The position numbers and the translations under genes were made by a program. The notes under the pieces are model-generated. The model searched no databases. It was not told where the DNA came from and was given only the letters and a program-made list of their open reading frames with translations. From Minisyncoccota bacterium (GTDB lineage Bacteria > Patescibacteriota > Minisyncoccia > Phycocordibacterales > GWA1-40-21): a stretch of 64,000 nt of DNA. The stretch lies in NCBI GenBank assembly GCA_041664585.1, contig JBAYKL010000004.1:19775-83774 (forward strand). The letters are read 5' to 3'. This document shows, one piece after another, positions 44,399 through 54,500 of the stretch; position 1 is the stretch's first letter; every line of letters starts with the position of its first letter.

Positions 44399-45226
44399 TT
44401 ACACGATCATTTTGGCTGCGATTGAGGGATGGAACTCGTAATCAACAAGTTTGATATCATCCATCGTGAACTTATCAAGCTCTTTTATTTCTGGATTCAA
44501 CCAGAGTTTAGGTAACTTTTTCGGTTCACGAGAAAGTTGTTCCTTCACCGCATCGAAATGCTCATGATAAATATGGGCATCGTTTAGTGTGAGAACACAT
44601 TCATGAGGTTCCATTCCAACCACTTGCGCGACCATTGCTAGTAGTAATGCATAAGAAGCAATATTGAAAGGAACTCCCAGAAACATATCACAGCTTCGTT
44701 GTGTCATATGTAATGATAATTTTCCGTTAGCGACAAAAAACTGGAAGATCATATGACAAGGCGGCAACGCCATCTGGTCAAGTTCTCCAGGATTCCATGC
44801 TGATACGACGAGGCGTCTGTCGCTCGGATCTGTTTTGAGTTTGTTGATTATATTTGCTATTTGATCAACTTCAGATCCATCTGGCTTTTTCCAATGTCTC
44901 CATTGGACACCATAAACTCGGCCGAGATCGCCAGGGAATTTTGCTTTTGGTTTCCAGTATGGAGCCTCAGCGTTGTCTGTCCAGATTGTATGGTCTTTGC
45001 CCATTATTTCTTTAAGACGTTCATCGCTGTCGCTACCTTCCAAAAACCATAGAAGTTCACCTTTGACTGCATTAAATGCGAGTTTTTTTGTTGTAACAGC
45101 CGGAAAGCCATCCGCCAAATTAAAACGCATTTGAATAGCAAAACAAGCCCTTGTCACTGCATTTCTGCCCTGACGATCGACACCTTTTTCTAGAATCTGT
45201 CGCAATACATCATTATATGTTTTCAT
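44399..45226 (-). CDS. thyA: Thymidylate synthase ThyA.
   Basis: 275 aa; catalytic Cys region LPPCHMIFQF. Confidence 0.9.
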   Translation of the reverse strand: MKTYNDVLRQILEKGVDRQGRNAVTRACFAIQMRFNLADGFPAVTTKKLAFNAVKGELLWFLEGSDSDERLKEIMGKDHTIWTDNAEAPYWKPKAKFPGDLGRVYGVQWRHWKKPDGSEVDQIANIINKLKTDPSDRRLVVSAWNPGELDQMALPPCHMIFQFFVANGKLSLHMTQRSCDMFLGVPFNIASYALLLAMVAQVVGMEPHECVLTLNDAHIYHEHFDAVKEQLSREPKKLPKLWLNPEIKELDKFTMDDIKLVDYEFHPSIAAKMIV

Positions 45227-45365
45227 GTTTTTTCTTTTATTATTAAAAAACCGACTTTGATTCTTTTCTATAATATCTCTTATCTATTAAAAAACAAGCT
45301 TGTTATTAACCATAATTTAACTTAATATTATTAATATAAATACATTATTATTAAATACAAAATCT

Positions 45366-46538
45366 ATGAAAGATAAACAAATAGAAAAGCTAATAAAAGC
45401 AGAGGAAGTAAGACAGAAAAAAACTATTTCTCTCATTGCTTCTGAAAATTATGTTTCTGAAGACGTTTTGAAAGCTCTTGGTTCAAAATTTACAAATAAA
45501 TATTCCGAAGGATATCCGGGCAAAAGATATTACAAAGGGCAAACTTTTACGGATAAAGTAGAAATACTTTGTAAAGAAAGAGCCCTTAAGCTTTTTGGTC
45601 TTTCGAAAAATAATTGGGCTGTAAATGTCCAAGCGCTTTCTGGATCACCCGCGAATCTCGCTGTATATCTTGCACTTGTAACTGTTGGAGGGAAGGTGAT
45701 GGGTATGACCCTAAGTCACGGTGGACATCTTACACATGGACACAAAGTTTCTGCTACAGGAAAGATTTGGAATCAAATACCATACGGAGTAAATAAAGAT
45801 ACAGAAGTTATTGATTATGAAGAATTGAAAAAGATTGCGGTGGAAAATAAACCAAATATGATAATTGCTGGTTTTACTGCATATCCAAGAGTCGTAGATT
45901 TTAAAAAGTTTAGAGAAATTGCAGATATTTGCGGAGCAATACTTATGGTAGACATGTCTCACTTTGCTGGGCTTGTTGCTGGTAAGGCATATCCTTCACC
46001 ATTTCCATATGCAGATGTTGTAACAACTACAGTACATAAAACTTTACGTGGTCCAAGAAGTGCTCTTATCTTTTCTAAAATAGACGAGAGAGAATTTGAT
46101 AAGAAGATAGACAAAGCTGTATTTCCAGGACTTCAGGGTGGCCCACACATGAATCAAGTGGCTGCTGTTGCTGTAGCTTTGAAAGAAGCGAGTACCCCTG
46201 CTTTTAAATCATATGCAAAACAAGTAATTAAAAATGCAAAAGTTCTTGCGGAAGAATTAAAAAAGCTTGGTTGGAAAATCGTTTCGGGGGGTACTGATAG
46301 TCATCTTATTTTGGTGGATACTTGGATGGAAGGTAAGGGAATAAGTGGAGAAGAGGCGAGTAACAGACTTGAGAAAGATGGAATTATTGTAAATAAAAAT
46401 ACTATTCCAAATGAAACTAGAAGTCCTATGGATCCATCTGGAATTCGCTTGGGTACTGCTGGGGAAACTACTCGTGGAGCGAAAGAGAAAGATATGATAA
46501 AGCTTGCGAAGAGAATTGGTAAAATACTTAAAAAATAA
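45366..46538 (+). CDS. glyA: Serine hydroxymethyltransferase.
   Basis: 390 aa; PLP-lysine motif TTTVHKTLRGPR. Confidence 0.9.
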   Translation: MKDKQIEKLIKAEEVRQKKTISLIASENYVSEDVLKALGSKFTNKYSEGYPGKRYYKGQTFTDKVEILCKERALKLFGLSKNNWAVNVQALSGSPANLAVYLALVTVGGKVMGMTLSHGGHLTHGHKVSATGKIWNQIPYGVNKDTEVIDYEELKKIAVENKPNMIIAGFTAYPRVVDFKKFREIADICGAILMVDMSHFAGLVAGKAYPSPFPYADVVTTTVHKTLRGPRSALIFSKIDEREFDKKIDKAVFPGLQGGPHMNQVAAVAVALKEASTPAFKSYAKQVIKNAKVLAEELKKLGWKIVSGGTDSHLILVDTWMEGKGISGEEASNRLEKDGIIVNKNTIPNETRSPMDPSGIRLGTAGETTRGAKEKDMIKLAKRIGKILKK

Positions 46539-46539
46539 A

Positions 46540-46962
46540 ATGCAGTTGAAAATCAAAAAACTTATTGAAGACGCAATAATTCCAAAATATGCAACAAAAG
46601 ATGACGCAGGAATGGATCTTTTTGCTATAGAAAATGTTGAATTAGAACCAATGCAGAGAGCTCAAATTGGTACAGGTATTGCTATGGAAATTCCAGAAGG
46701 ACACGTTGGACTTATTTGGGATAAAAGTGGTTTGTCACATAAATTTGGGATTAAGACTTTGGGTGGGGTAGTAGACTCTGGATATAGAGGAGAAATAAAA
46801 ATTGGTGTGATAAATCTTGGAAAAGAAAAATATGTTTTTGAAAAAGGACACAAAGTCGCTCAGATGATAATTCAGAAAAAAGAAACCCCAGAAATAGTCG
46901 AAGCAACAGAACTTAATAATTCAGAAAGAGGGGAAGGAGGTTTTGGTTCCACAGGTAAATAA
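46540..46962 (+). CDS. dut: dUTP diphosphatase. The start was trimmed to MQLKIKK.
   Basis: 140 aa; dUTPase motifs AGMDL, GLIWDKSGL, VDSGYRGE. Confidence 0.85.
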   Translation: MQLKIKKLIEDAIIPKYATKDDAGMDLFAIENVELEPMQRAQIGTGIAMEIPEGHVGLIWDKSGLSHKFGIKTLGGVVDSGYRGEIKIGVINLGKEKYVFEKGHKVAQMIIQKKETPEIVEATELNNSERGEGGFGSTGK

Positions 46963-46997
46963 AGGACATTATTTTCTTTTTGTGCTAATCTTTTTCT

Positions 46998-48305
46998 ATG
47001 ATTAAAAAGGTAGTTAAAAAAACAGTATCTACAAAAGCAAAACCTAAGGCTTCTAAGCTAGAAGTCGTTAGTTATGATGTGGTTGTTGTTGGAGGTGGCC
47101 CTGCTGGGCTCATGGCTGCTGGTGTAGCCGCTAAGGATGGTGCAAAGGTACTTGTTATAGAAAAGAATGAAGAACTCGGTAAGAAGCTCCTTATTTCAGG
47201 CGGAGGCAGATGTAATATTACAAACGCTAATCCAAATCATAGAGATTTTGTTTCTAAATATGGAAAGAAAGGGAATTTTCTTTTTACACCTTTCTCTATT
47301 TTTAGTGTAAACGATTCAATTAAATTTTTTAATGATCTTGGGCTTAAAACAAAAGTTGAGCCAGGATTCAGAGTTTTCCCAGAAAGTAATAATTCAATAG
47401 ATGTTTTAGAGACTCTTGTAAGATATGCAAAAAATAATGGAGTTGAATTTAAGCTTTCCGCTGAAGTAGATAAGTTTAAGAAAGTCGGGGAGAAAATTTC
47501 TTCTATTGTTCTCAAAAATAGAGAAGAGATAAAAGCAAAAAGTTTTGTTTTAGCTACTGGAGGCAAATCTCATCCAGAAACTGGTTCTACTGGGGATGGT
47601 TTTAAATGGCTTAAGGAACTAGGACACAAGGTAGCGGATTCCAATCCATCACTTGTGCCAATAAAAATAAAAGAACTTTGGATAGGGGATTTTGCCGGTA
47701 TTACACTGGAAAATGTGGGTATTTCTGTATGGCAAGATTCAAAAAAGATTATAAATAAAAAAGGCAGAATACTTTTTACTCATGAAGGTGCTTCTGGGCC
47801 GACGATATTAAATATGAGTAAGGACATTGGAGATTTACTTCAATACGGGGAAACAAAAGTTGCAGTAGACTTTTTCCCTGGTATTGGATTAGACGAATTA
47901 CATGAAAAGTTTAAAAAGCTTTTTGAATTACATAGTAGTAAAAAGATTAAGAATCTTATTATAAATGAAGTTCCAGCTAAAATATTCTTGAAAATCTTAG
48001 GTCTACTTAAAATAGATGGAGATATCGAAATGCATTCAATTATGAGAGAGGAGAGAATCGCTATTATAGATAAATTAAAAAAGTTTGAGCTAAGAGTTAG
48101 CGGACTTCTTGGATATGACAAGGCTATTATCTCAAGTGGGGGATTAGATTTGAAAGAAGTGGATTTTAGAACAATGAAATCGAAACTTTTTGATAATCTT
48201 TTCTTTGTTGGAGATCTACTAGATTTCGATAGACCCTCCGGAGGTTTTTCGTTACAGCTCTGTTGGACCACGGGATATGTTGCAGGTAAAAATTCAGCAA
48301 ATTAA
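46998..48305 (+). CDS. HI0933-like FAD-dependent flavoprotein (BaiN/aminoacetone-oxidase family).
   Basis: GGGPAGLMAAG dinucleotide-binding motif and GGGRCNITN family signature. Confidence 0.75.
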   Translation: MIKKVVKKTVSTKAKPKASKLEVVSYDVVVVGGGPAGLMAAGVAAKDGAKVLVIEKNEELGKKLLISGGGRCNITNANPNHRDFVSKYGKKGNFLFTPFSIFSVNDSIKFFNDLGLKTKVEPGFRVFPESNNSIDVLETLVRYAKNNGVEFKLSAEVDKFKKVGEKISSIVLKNREEIKAKSFVLATGGKSHPETGSTGDGFKWLKELGHKVADSNPSLVPIKIKELWIGDFAGITLENVGISVWQDSKKIINKKGRILFTHEGASGPTILNMSKDIGDLLQYGETKVAVDFFPGIGLDELHEKFKKLFELHSSKKIKNLIINEVPAKIFLKILGLLKIDGDIEMHSIMREERIAIIDKLKKFELRVSGLLGYDKAIISSGGLDLKEVDFRTMKSKLFDNLFFVGDLLDFDRPSGGFSLQLCWTTGYVAGKNSAN

Positions 48306-48316
48306 TTATTGATAAT

Positions 48317-48356
48317 AAAAACACACATCTACGCTATGGCGTAGATGTGTGTTTTT
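48317..48356. terminator. Bidirectional terminator aacacacatctacgc-tatg-gcgtagatgtgtgtt with A/T flanks.
   Basis: 15-bp stem. Confidence 0.8.
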
Positions 48357-48360
48357 AAAT

Positions 48361-49296
48361 TTAATCCAAAAACTTTGTAGGCATCCCTCTTTGTACAGGA
48401 TAAGTATCTTTATCTATAGGCCTTTGGAAACAAAATCTTCCCATGCCATGTTTCCAGTTTTCATTTTCTGCCCCATATTTATAAGCTATGTTCATATCTT
48501 GCTCGGTAGTACTTTCTGTTTTAAAAGTGGCACAAAGTTCAAAACTATTTGCTGACAATCTTCTGTATTCATAATTTTGTTTTGTTTCGGGGTCTGTAGG
48601 AATTATGAAACTGCTAATAGGATCTTTTAGAGCATCTAGGCTTGCTGGTACTTCACCTTTGATTTGCCATTGTGTATAAACGATTTGGCTCTGTATATTC
48701 ATGAGGTCGCTTATTCTTTGCTTATCCATTCTCACAGCTCTTTGTTTCGCTGGTGAGCCAATAGTCATCATCCCACCTACTGCCGCTATTATTACAATCA
48801 CTGATATCGCATATATAGATATTTTTGTTTTTTTGGAAATTATTGCCGGGTCTCTCTTTAGATCGCTTAAACAATATCTAAATATCGTAACAGCAACGGC
48901 GAGAACTACCAAAACTTTTAATATAAATCTTGTCGTTAGATCTTCTGCTCCGAGAAATCTATAAACTAAAGTTACGAGGTCTACCGCAATAGCTAAACCA
49001 GAAACAAAGAGCGTAAGAAAAATTAACCATCTTCTTACCCAGATATCTTTTTTCTCTGGGAAAGCTTTTAAATCTTTATTCACTATAAAGGTTATATATA
49101 TAAAAGCGGGGAAGAAGATTATAAGAGCAGCAAGGGAGCTTCTTATTGTGCCCTCAAGTCCATACATCATATCTCCTGGTAGGGAGAAATATTTATTTAT
49201 TATTTGGAATAGGAGAACTATGAAGCTTATGGAGCTCACATAAAGTCCTATAAGAATACCTAAATATAAAAAGAAGTCTTTTGCTGTGGTTTTCAT
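48361..49296 (-). CDS. Hypothetical multi-pass membrane protein (311 aa) with a approx 110-aa C-terminal soluble domain.
   Basis: ORF plus hydrophobicity. Confidence 0.45.
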   Translation of the reverse strand: MKTTAKDFFLYLGILIGLYVSSISFIVLLFQIINKYFSLPGDMMYGLEGTIRSSLAALIIFFPAFIYITFIVNKDLKAFPEKKDIWVRRWLIFLTLFVSGLAIAVDLVTLVYRFLGAEDLTTRFILKVLVVLAVAVTIFRYCLSDLKRDPAIISKKTKISIYAISVIVIIAAVGGMMTIGSPAKQRAVRMDKQRISDLMNIQSQIVYTQWQIKGEVPASLDALKDPISSFIIPTDPETKQNYEYRRLSANSFELCATFKTESTTEQDMNIAYKYGAENENWKHGMGRFCFQRPIDKDTYPVQRGMPTKFLD

Positions 49297-49368
49297 AAAA
49301 TTATTAAATTAATTAGTAATATGTAAATTATACACTTTTTCCTTATAATAGGGTATTATAAAGGCAAG

Positions 49369-51096
49369 ATGATTAAAGAAGCATTAGAAAATTCAATAAA
49401 AATAGCCCTTTGGGAGCTTAAAATAGAAGAAAGCAAAATCCCTAAGATAAACCTAGAACATCCGGAAGATTCTTCTCGTGGGGATTATTCTACAAATATT
49501 GCCATGGTGCTTGCTAAGGCAGTAGCTCAAAATCCTAGAGAACTAGCAGAAAAAATAGTTGCTGAAATAAATGATAATAAACCGAAAGAAATTAAAAATG
49601 TTGAAATGGCAGGTCCTGGTTTCATAAATTTCTTTTTGTCTGATTCTTTTTTTGCCGAACAAATAAAAAGTATTTTAAAATCTGAAAAAACTTTTGGGAA
49701 TAATAAAAAGTTAAAAGGTCAGAAGACGGTTATTGAATACACAGATCCAAATCCTTTCAAAGAATTTCATATTGGGCATTTGATGAACAATACGATAGGA
49801 GAGTCTGTTTCTAGAATTATTGAGGCTAATGGAGCAAAGATTATCCGTGCTTGTTATCAGGGTGATGTGGGTCTTCATGTAGCAAAAACAATTTGGGGTG
49901 TACAAAAGATGATTTCTGAAGATCCAAAAAACAAAAAAAAGTTTTTTGATATAAAACAAGGTTCTGCTTTATGGGGTAAAGCGTATGCAGTAGGTGCGAA
50001 AGCATATAATGATGAGGAAGCCAAGAAAGTTATTACAGAGATTAATAAAAAAGTTTATACTAAGTCTGATAAAGAAGTAAATAAAATTTATTCAGCTGGT
50101 AGGAAGGCTTCACTCAAGGCTTTTGAAAGAGTTTATAAATTATTAGATACAAAATTTAACAATTTCTTTTTTGAGAGTCAGTCTACAAAATTTGGTACAG
50201 ATACCGTCTTAAAAAATATTGACAATGGAATTTTTGAAAGAAGTAACGGCGCAGTAATTTTTAAAGGAGAGAATTATGGTTTACATACTAGAGTTTTTAT
50301 AAACAGCGAAGGTCTCCCTACATATGAAGCAAAAGATCTTGGGCTAGCGAAACTCAAAGACAATACTTTACATTATGATAAGTCCATTATTGTTACAGCT
50401 AATGAACAGAGCGCATATTTTACCGTACTTTTAAAAGCAATGAGCTTGATTTTTCCAGATTTAGCAGAAAAGACTAGTCATATATCTCATGGTATGCTTC
50501 GTATGCCTTCAGGGAAAATGTCTTCGAGAACAGGAGACGTAGTTTCTGCTACCTCTTTACTCAAAGACATAGAAGAAAGGGTGATGGAAAAGATGGTGGA
50601 TAGAAAAATGACTAAAAAAGAAAAAGCAAAAGTTGCTGAATGGATTTCTGTCGCGTCTCTCAGATATTCAATTCTTAAGCAAATGACTGGTAAAGATATT
50701 ATTTTTGATTTTGATAAATCACTTTCCTTTGAAGGGGATTCGGGTCCATACTTACAATATTCATACGCAAGAGCGAAATCTGTTTTGAGAAAAGCTGTGA
50801 AAGAAAGAGTTAAGATTAAAGCTATTAAAATAGATGGTGAAGTTTCAGAGATAGAAAAAATACTGTATAGATTCCCAGAGATAGTAGAAAGAGCGGGGGA
50901 GGAGTATGCACCAAACTATATTGCCACATATTTAATACAACTTTCCTCCGTCTTTAACGGATATTATGCAAATAATAAAATTGTAGATAAAGAAGACAAG
51001 AATTCTGCATATAGATTAGCTATTACAAAAGCATTTAGTATTGTCTTAAAAAATGGTCTGAAACTTTTAGGTATCTCCGCACCAGAAAAGATGTAA
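49369..51096 (+). CDS. argS: Arginyl-tRNA synthetase.
   Basis: 575 aa; HIGH motif FHIGHLMN; anticodon-binding DALR-like C-terminus. Confidence 0.9.
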   Translation: MIKEALENSIKIALWELKIEESKIPKINLEHPEDSSRGDYSTNIAMVLAKAVAQNPRELAEKIVAEINDNKPKEIKNVEMAGPGFINFFLSDSFFAEQIKSILKSEKTFGNNKKLKGQKTVIEYTDPNPFKEFHIGHLMNNTIGESVSRIIEANGAKIIRACYQGDVGLHVAKTIWGVQKMISEDPKNKKKFFDIKQGSALWGKAYAVGAKAYNDEEAKKVITEINKKVYTKSDKEVNKIYSAGRKASLKAFERVYKLLDTKFNNFFFESQSTKFGTDTVLKNIDNGIFERSNGAVIFKGENYGLHTRVFINSEGLPTYEAKDLGLAKLKDNTLHYDKSIIVTANEQSAYFTVLLKAMSLIFPDLAEKTSHISHGMLRMPSGKMSSRTGDVVSATSLLKDIEERVMEKMVDRKMTKKEKAKVAEWISVASLRYSILKQMTGKDIIFDFDKSLSFEGDSGPYLQYSYARAKSVLRKAVKERVKIKAIKIDGEVSEIEKILYRFPEIVERAGEEYAPNYIATYLIQLSSVFNGYYANNKIVDKEDKNSAYRLAITKAFSIVLKNGLKLLGISAPEKM

Positions 51097-51139
51097 ACTT
51101 TTTTGTTTTGACAAAAAATATAAAAGGTATTTAATACCA

Positions 51140-51495
51140 TATAGATTTAGTTGTACGAGTTATGGTGATTCGTGCACTCAAAACAGGAAGGTAGGTTAGG
51201 AATGTGTAGGACCCATAAGATTAGAGACAGACACATGTTGATTGGGAATCGCCACGCGACACACCGAGGCGAATTAAAGCCTCAATCAAGGAGTAAGCGT
51301 GTTCTCAAAAAGATTTTTCGGCGTATCCAAAGGGAGTGTCACGCTGCCACAGACCAAAGAAGGGAGCTGGAGGTCAGAGAGCACTCTTGTAATTACGGAG
51401 GGCTAAATAAACTTTTAAGGAAGGCGTGTGCGGTTTCTGTGCGTGATGATGGGGAACTACTAATTATAAGTATTCCATAGTTTTAAGTCATGGAA
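51140..51495 (+). ncRNA. GC-rich (~48% vs ~33% local background) approx 360-nt non-coding island between argS and ileS, ending in a strong terminator. It is a candidate structured ncRNA (RNase P RNA-sized; identity unresolved) or a long cis-regulatory leader.
   Basis: Compositional island; the only ORF (51172-51480) has an Arg/His/Cys-rich nonsense composition; multiple local helices (gaggcgaauuaaagccuc, aaaaagauuuuu); possible -35 TTGACA at 51108. Confidence 0.35.
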
Positions 51496-51527
51496 TAAAA
51501 ACCCGGTTCAGGTTAACCGGGTTTTTC
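51496..51527. terminator. Hairpin aacccggtt-caggttaa-ccgggtt with A5/T5 flanks (bidirectional).
   Basis: Read directly. Confidence 0.75.
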
Positions 51528-51586
51528 TTTGCCTCTTTTTCTATTTCACTAAATTTGCTACAATAAGTTTCTAAAGATAAAATTAT

Positions 51587-54500
51587 ATGGATACACCAAA
51601 AAAGAGTAAAAATGCTGAAAAAGAAGAAGAATTATTAAAATTTTGGCAGGAGAATAAAATTTTTGAAAAGACTTTAACAAAAGATTCACCAAAAGGTGAG
51701 TACGTCTTTTACGATGGACCTCCTTTTGCTACTGGTATACCCCATTTTGGTCACATTCTCGCTGGGACAATGAAAGATTTTGTGGGGAGGTATAAAACAA
51801 TGAGAGGATATCATGTTCCAAGAAAATGGGGATGGGATTGTCATGGCTTACCGGTAGAAAATATTGTTCAAGATGAGATGGGTTTGAAATCAAAAAAAGA
51901 TATCGAAGATTTTGGTTTAGAAAAATTCAATGATACCGCTAGAAGTAAAGTTTTTACATACGCAGATGTTTGGAAAAAGGTTGTTCCAAGAATGGGACGT
52001 TTTGTAGATATGGAAGATGACTACAAGACATTGAATCCAAGTTACTCAGAAAGTGTTTGGTGGGCCTTCAAAAAATTACAGGATAAAGGATTAATCTATG
52101 AAGGTTTCAAATCAATGCATCTTTGTCCGCATTGTGGGACAACCCTTTCAAACTTTGAGGTAGGGCAGGGGTATAAAGATATCACTGATATTTCAGTCAC
52201 AGCTAAATTTGAATTGGTGGATGAGCTAGGTACTTTTTTCCTTGCATGGACGACAACCCCGTGGACTCTTCCTGGTAACGTTGCTTTGGCTATAAATGCT
52301 GAAATTGATTATGTGAAAATAAAAGTGGGAGAAGAGAAATTTATCCTTGCTGAATCAAGACTGTCTGCGATAAAAGAATCTTATGAAATCTTAGAGAAAT
52401 TCAGTGGAGAAAAAATAGTCGGTAAATCATACAAACCACTTTTTGATTATTACAATAATGAAAAACTTATAAACAAAGAGAATGGCTTTAAGGTTTGTTC
52501 TGCTGGCTTTGTAACTACTGAAGATGGTACTGGTATTGTACATATCGCTCCAGCTTTTGGAGAAGATGATATGAATCTTGGAAAAGAAAAGAAACTTCCT
52601 TTTATCCAACATGTAAATATGGCGGGAGAATTTACTCCTGAAGTTATAGATTTCGTAGGACAAAAAGTAAAACCAAAAGATGATCACCAAAAAGCAGATA
52701 TTGATGTTATTAAATTCTTAGCCGGCAAAAACTCCTTATATGCAAAAGAAAAATTTACTCACTCATATCCTCACTGTTGGAGATGTGATACACCACTTCT
52801 AAATTACGCGACAAGTTCTTGGTTTGTTGAGGTTACAAAAATTAAGAATGAGCTTATAGAAGCAAATAATAAAATTGGTTGGATACCAAAAGAAATAGGA
52901 GAGGGAAGATTTGGTAAATGGCTTGAAAATGTTCGTGACTGGTCTATTTCTCGTTCTAGATTCTGGGGTGCTCCTTTGCCTGTATGGAGATGTGGAAAAT
53001 GTAAGGATAATCATTTTATTGGTTCAATAGAAGATATCAAAAAACAAACAACAAGAAACAACAAATTCTTGGTTGTTCGCCATGGTGAAGCAGAGAGCAA
53101 CGTTTTGGGCATTTTAAGTTCAAATCCAAAAGTAAATCACTCTCTTACACAAAATGGTAAAGACCAAGCCGTAGAGGCAGGAGAAAAACTTAAGGATTCA
53201 AAAGTAGATGTTATTTATTGTTCACCTTTTGTAAGGACAAAAGAAACAGCAGAGCTTATCGCAAAACAAATTGGATATCCTGTAGAAAAAATAGTTTTTG
53301 ACGAAAGGCTTCATGAAATATATGTAGGTGTTCTTGATGGTAAGCCGGATGCAGAATATCAAGCGTTCTTTGAGTCAAGAGGAGCCAAATTCTGGAAGAC
53401 TCCAGAGGGAGGGGAGAATTATACTACTGTAAAAAACAGAATGACTGATTTCCTTTATGACATAAATTCGAAAAATGAAGGCAAAAATATTTTAATCGTT
53501 TCTCATAACACCCCAATCTGGCTTATGTTCGGCGGTGCCTCTGGTATGACACCAGAACAACTTATGGACATGAGAGAGAATGGTAAACCTTTTATTTACA
53601 ATTCAGAAATAAAGGAGTTAGAGTTTGCACCAATTCCGCATAATAGAAATTATGAATTAGATTTACACAGACCATTTATTGATGAGCTTATTCTCCCATG
53701 CAAGTGCGGAGGAGAAAAGGAGCGTATCCCAGAAGTTTTTGATTGTTGGTTTGAATCTGGATCCATGCCTTTTGCTCAGTCTCATTATCCATTTGAGAAT
53801 TTAGATAAATTTAATCCAGAAAAAGGTATTGGTTTCCCAGCAGACTTTATTGCTGAAGGAGTAGATCAAACTAGAGGATGGTTCTATTCTATGCTTGTGC
53901 TTTCTGTTGCTTTGTTCGGGCAGTCTTCATATAAAAATGTTGTTGTTAACGGAATTGTTCTTGCCGAAGATGGGCAGAAGATGGCCAAGAGATTGAAAAA
54001 TTACACAGATCCGATGGAATTGGCAGATAAATTTAGTGCAGATGCAATGAGATATTACTTATTGTCTTCAAGTGTTATGAAAGCAGAAGATTTGAAATTC
54101 TCAGATGAAGGAGTTGATGAAGTTGTAAAGAAAGTAATCATGAGACTTCAAAATGTTCATTCTTTCTATGAAATGTATGGTGGTAAAGATTTGAAAGACA
54201 AAGTTGGAATTTCTGAAAATGTTTTGGATAGATGGATTCTTGCTCGTTTGAAAGAGACAGCGACACAGATGACAAAATCTACAGAAAAATATGAGCTTGA
54301 TAGAGCAACTTGGCCTATAGCTGATTTCATTGAAGATCTTTCCGTATGGTATTTAAGAAGATCAAGAGATAGATTTAAATCAGAAAATATTTCTGATAGA
54401 AATTTTGCTATAAATACAACAAAAGAAATTATTCTAAATGTTTCTAAGTTAATCGCACCATCAATGCCATTTTTGGCTGAAGATTTGTACAAGAAAATTG

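Noticed and set aside
51172-51480. 102-aa ORF (MHSKQEGRLGMCRTHKIRDRH...) predicted inside the GC-rich island.
   Set aside because: Arg/His/Cys-rich nonsense composition, no RBS, and it sits in a compositionally RNA-like island. It is treated as a spurious ORF over a candidate ncRNA.
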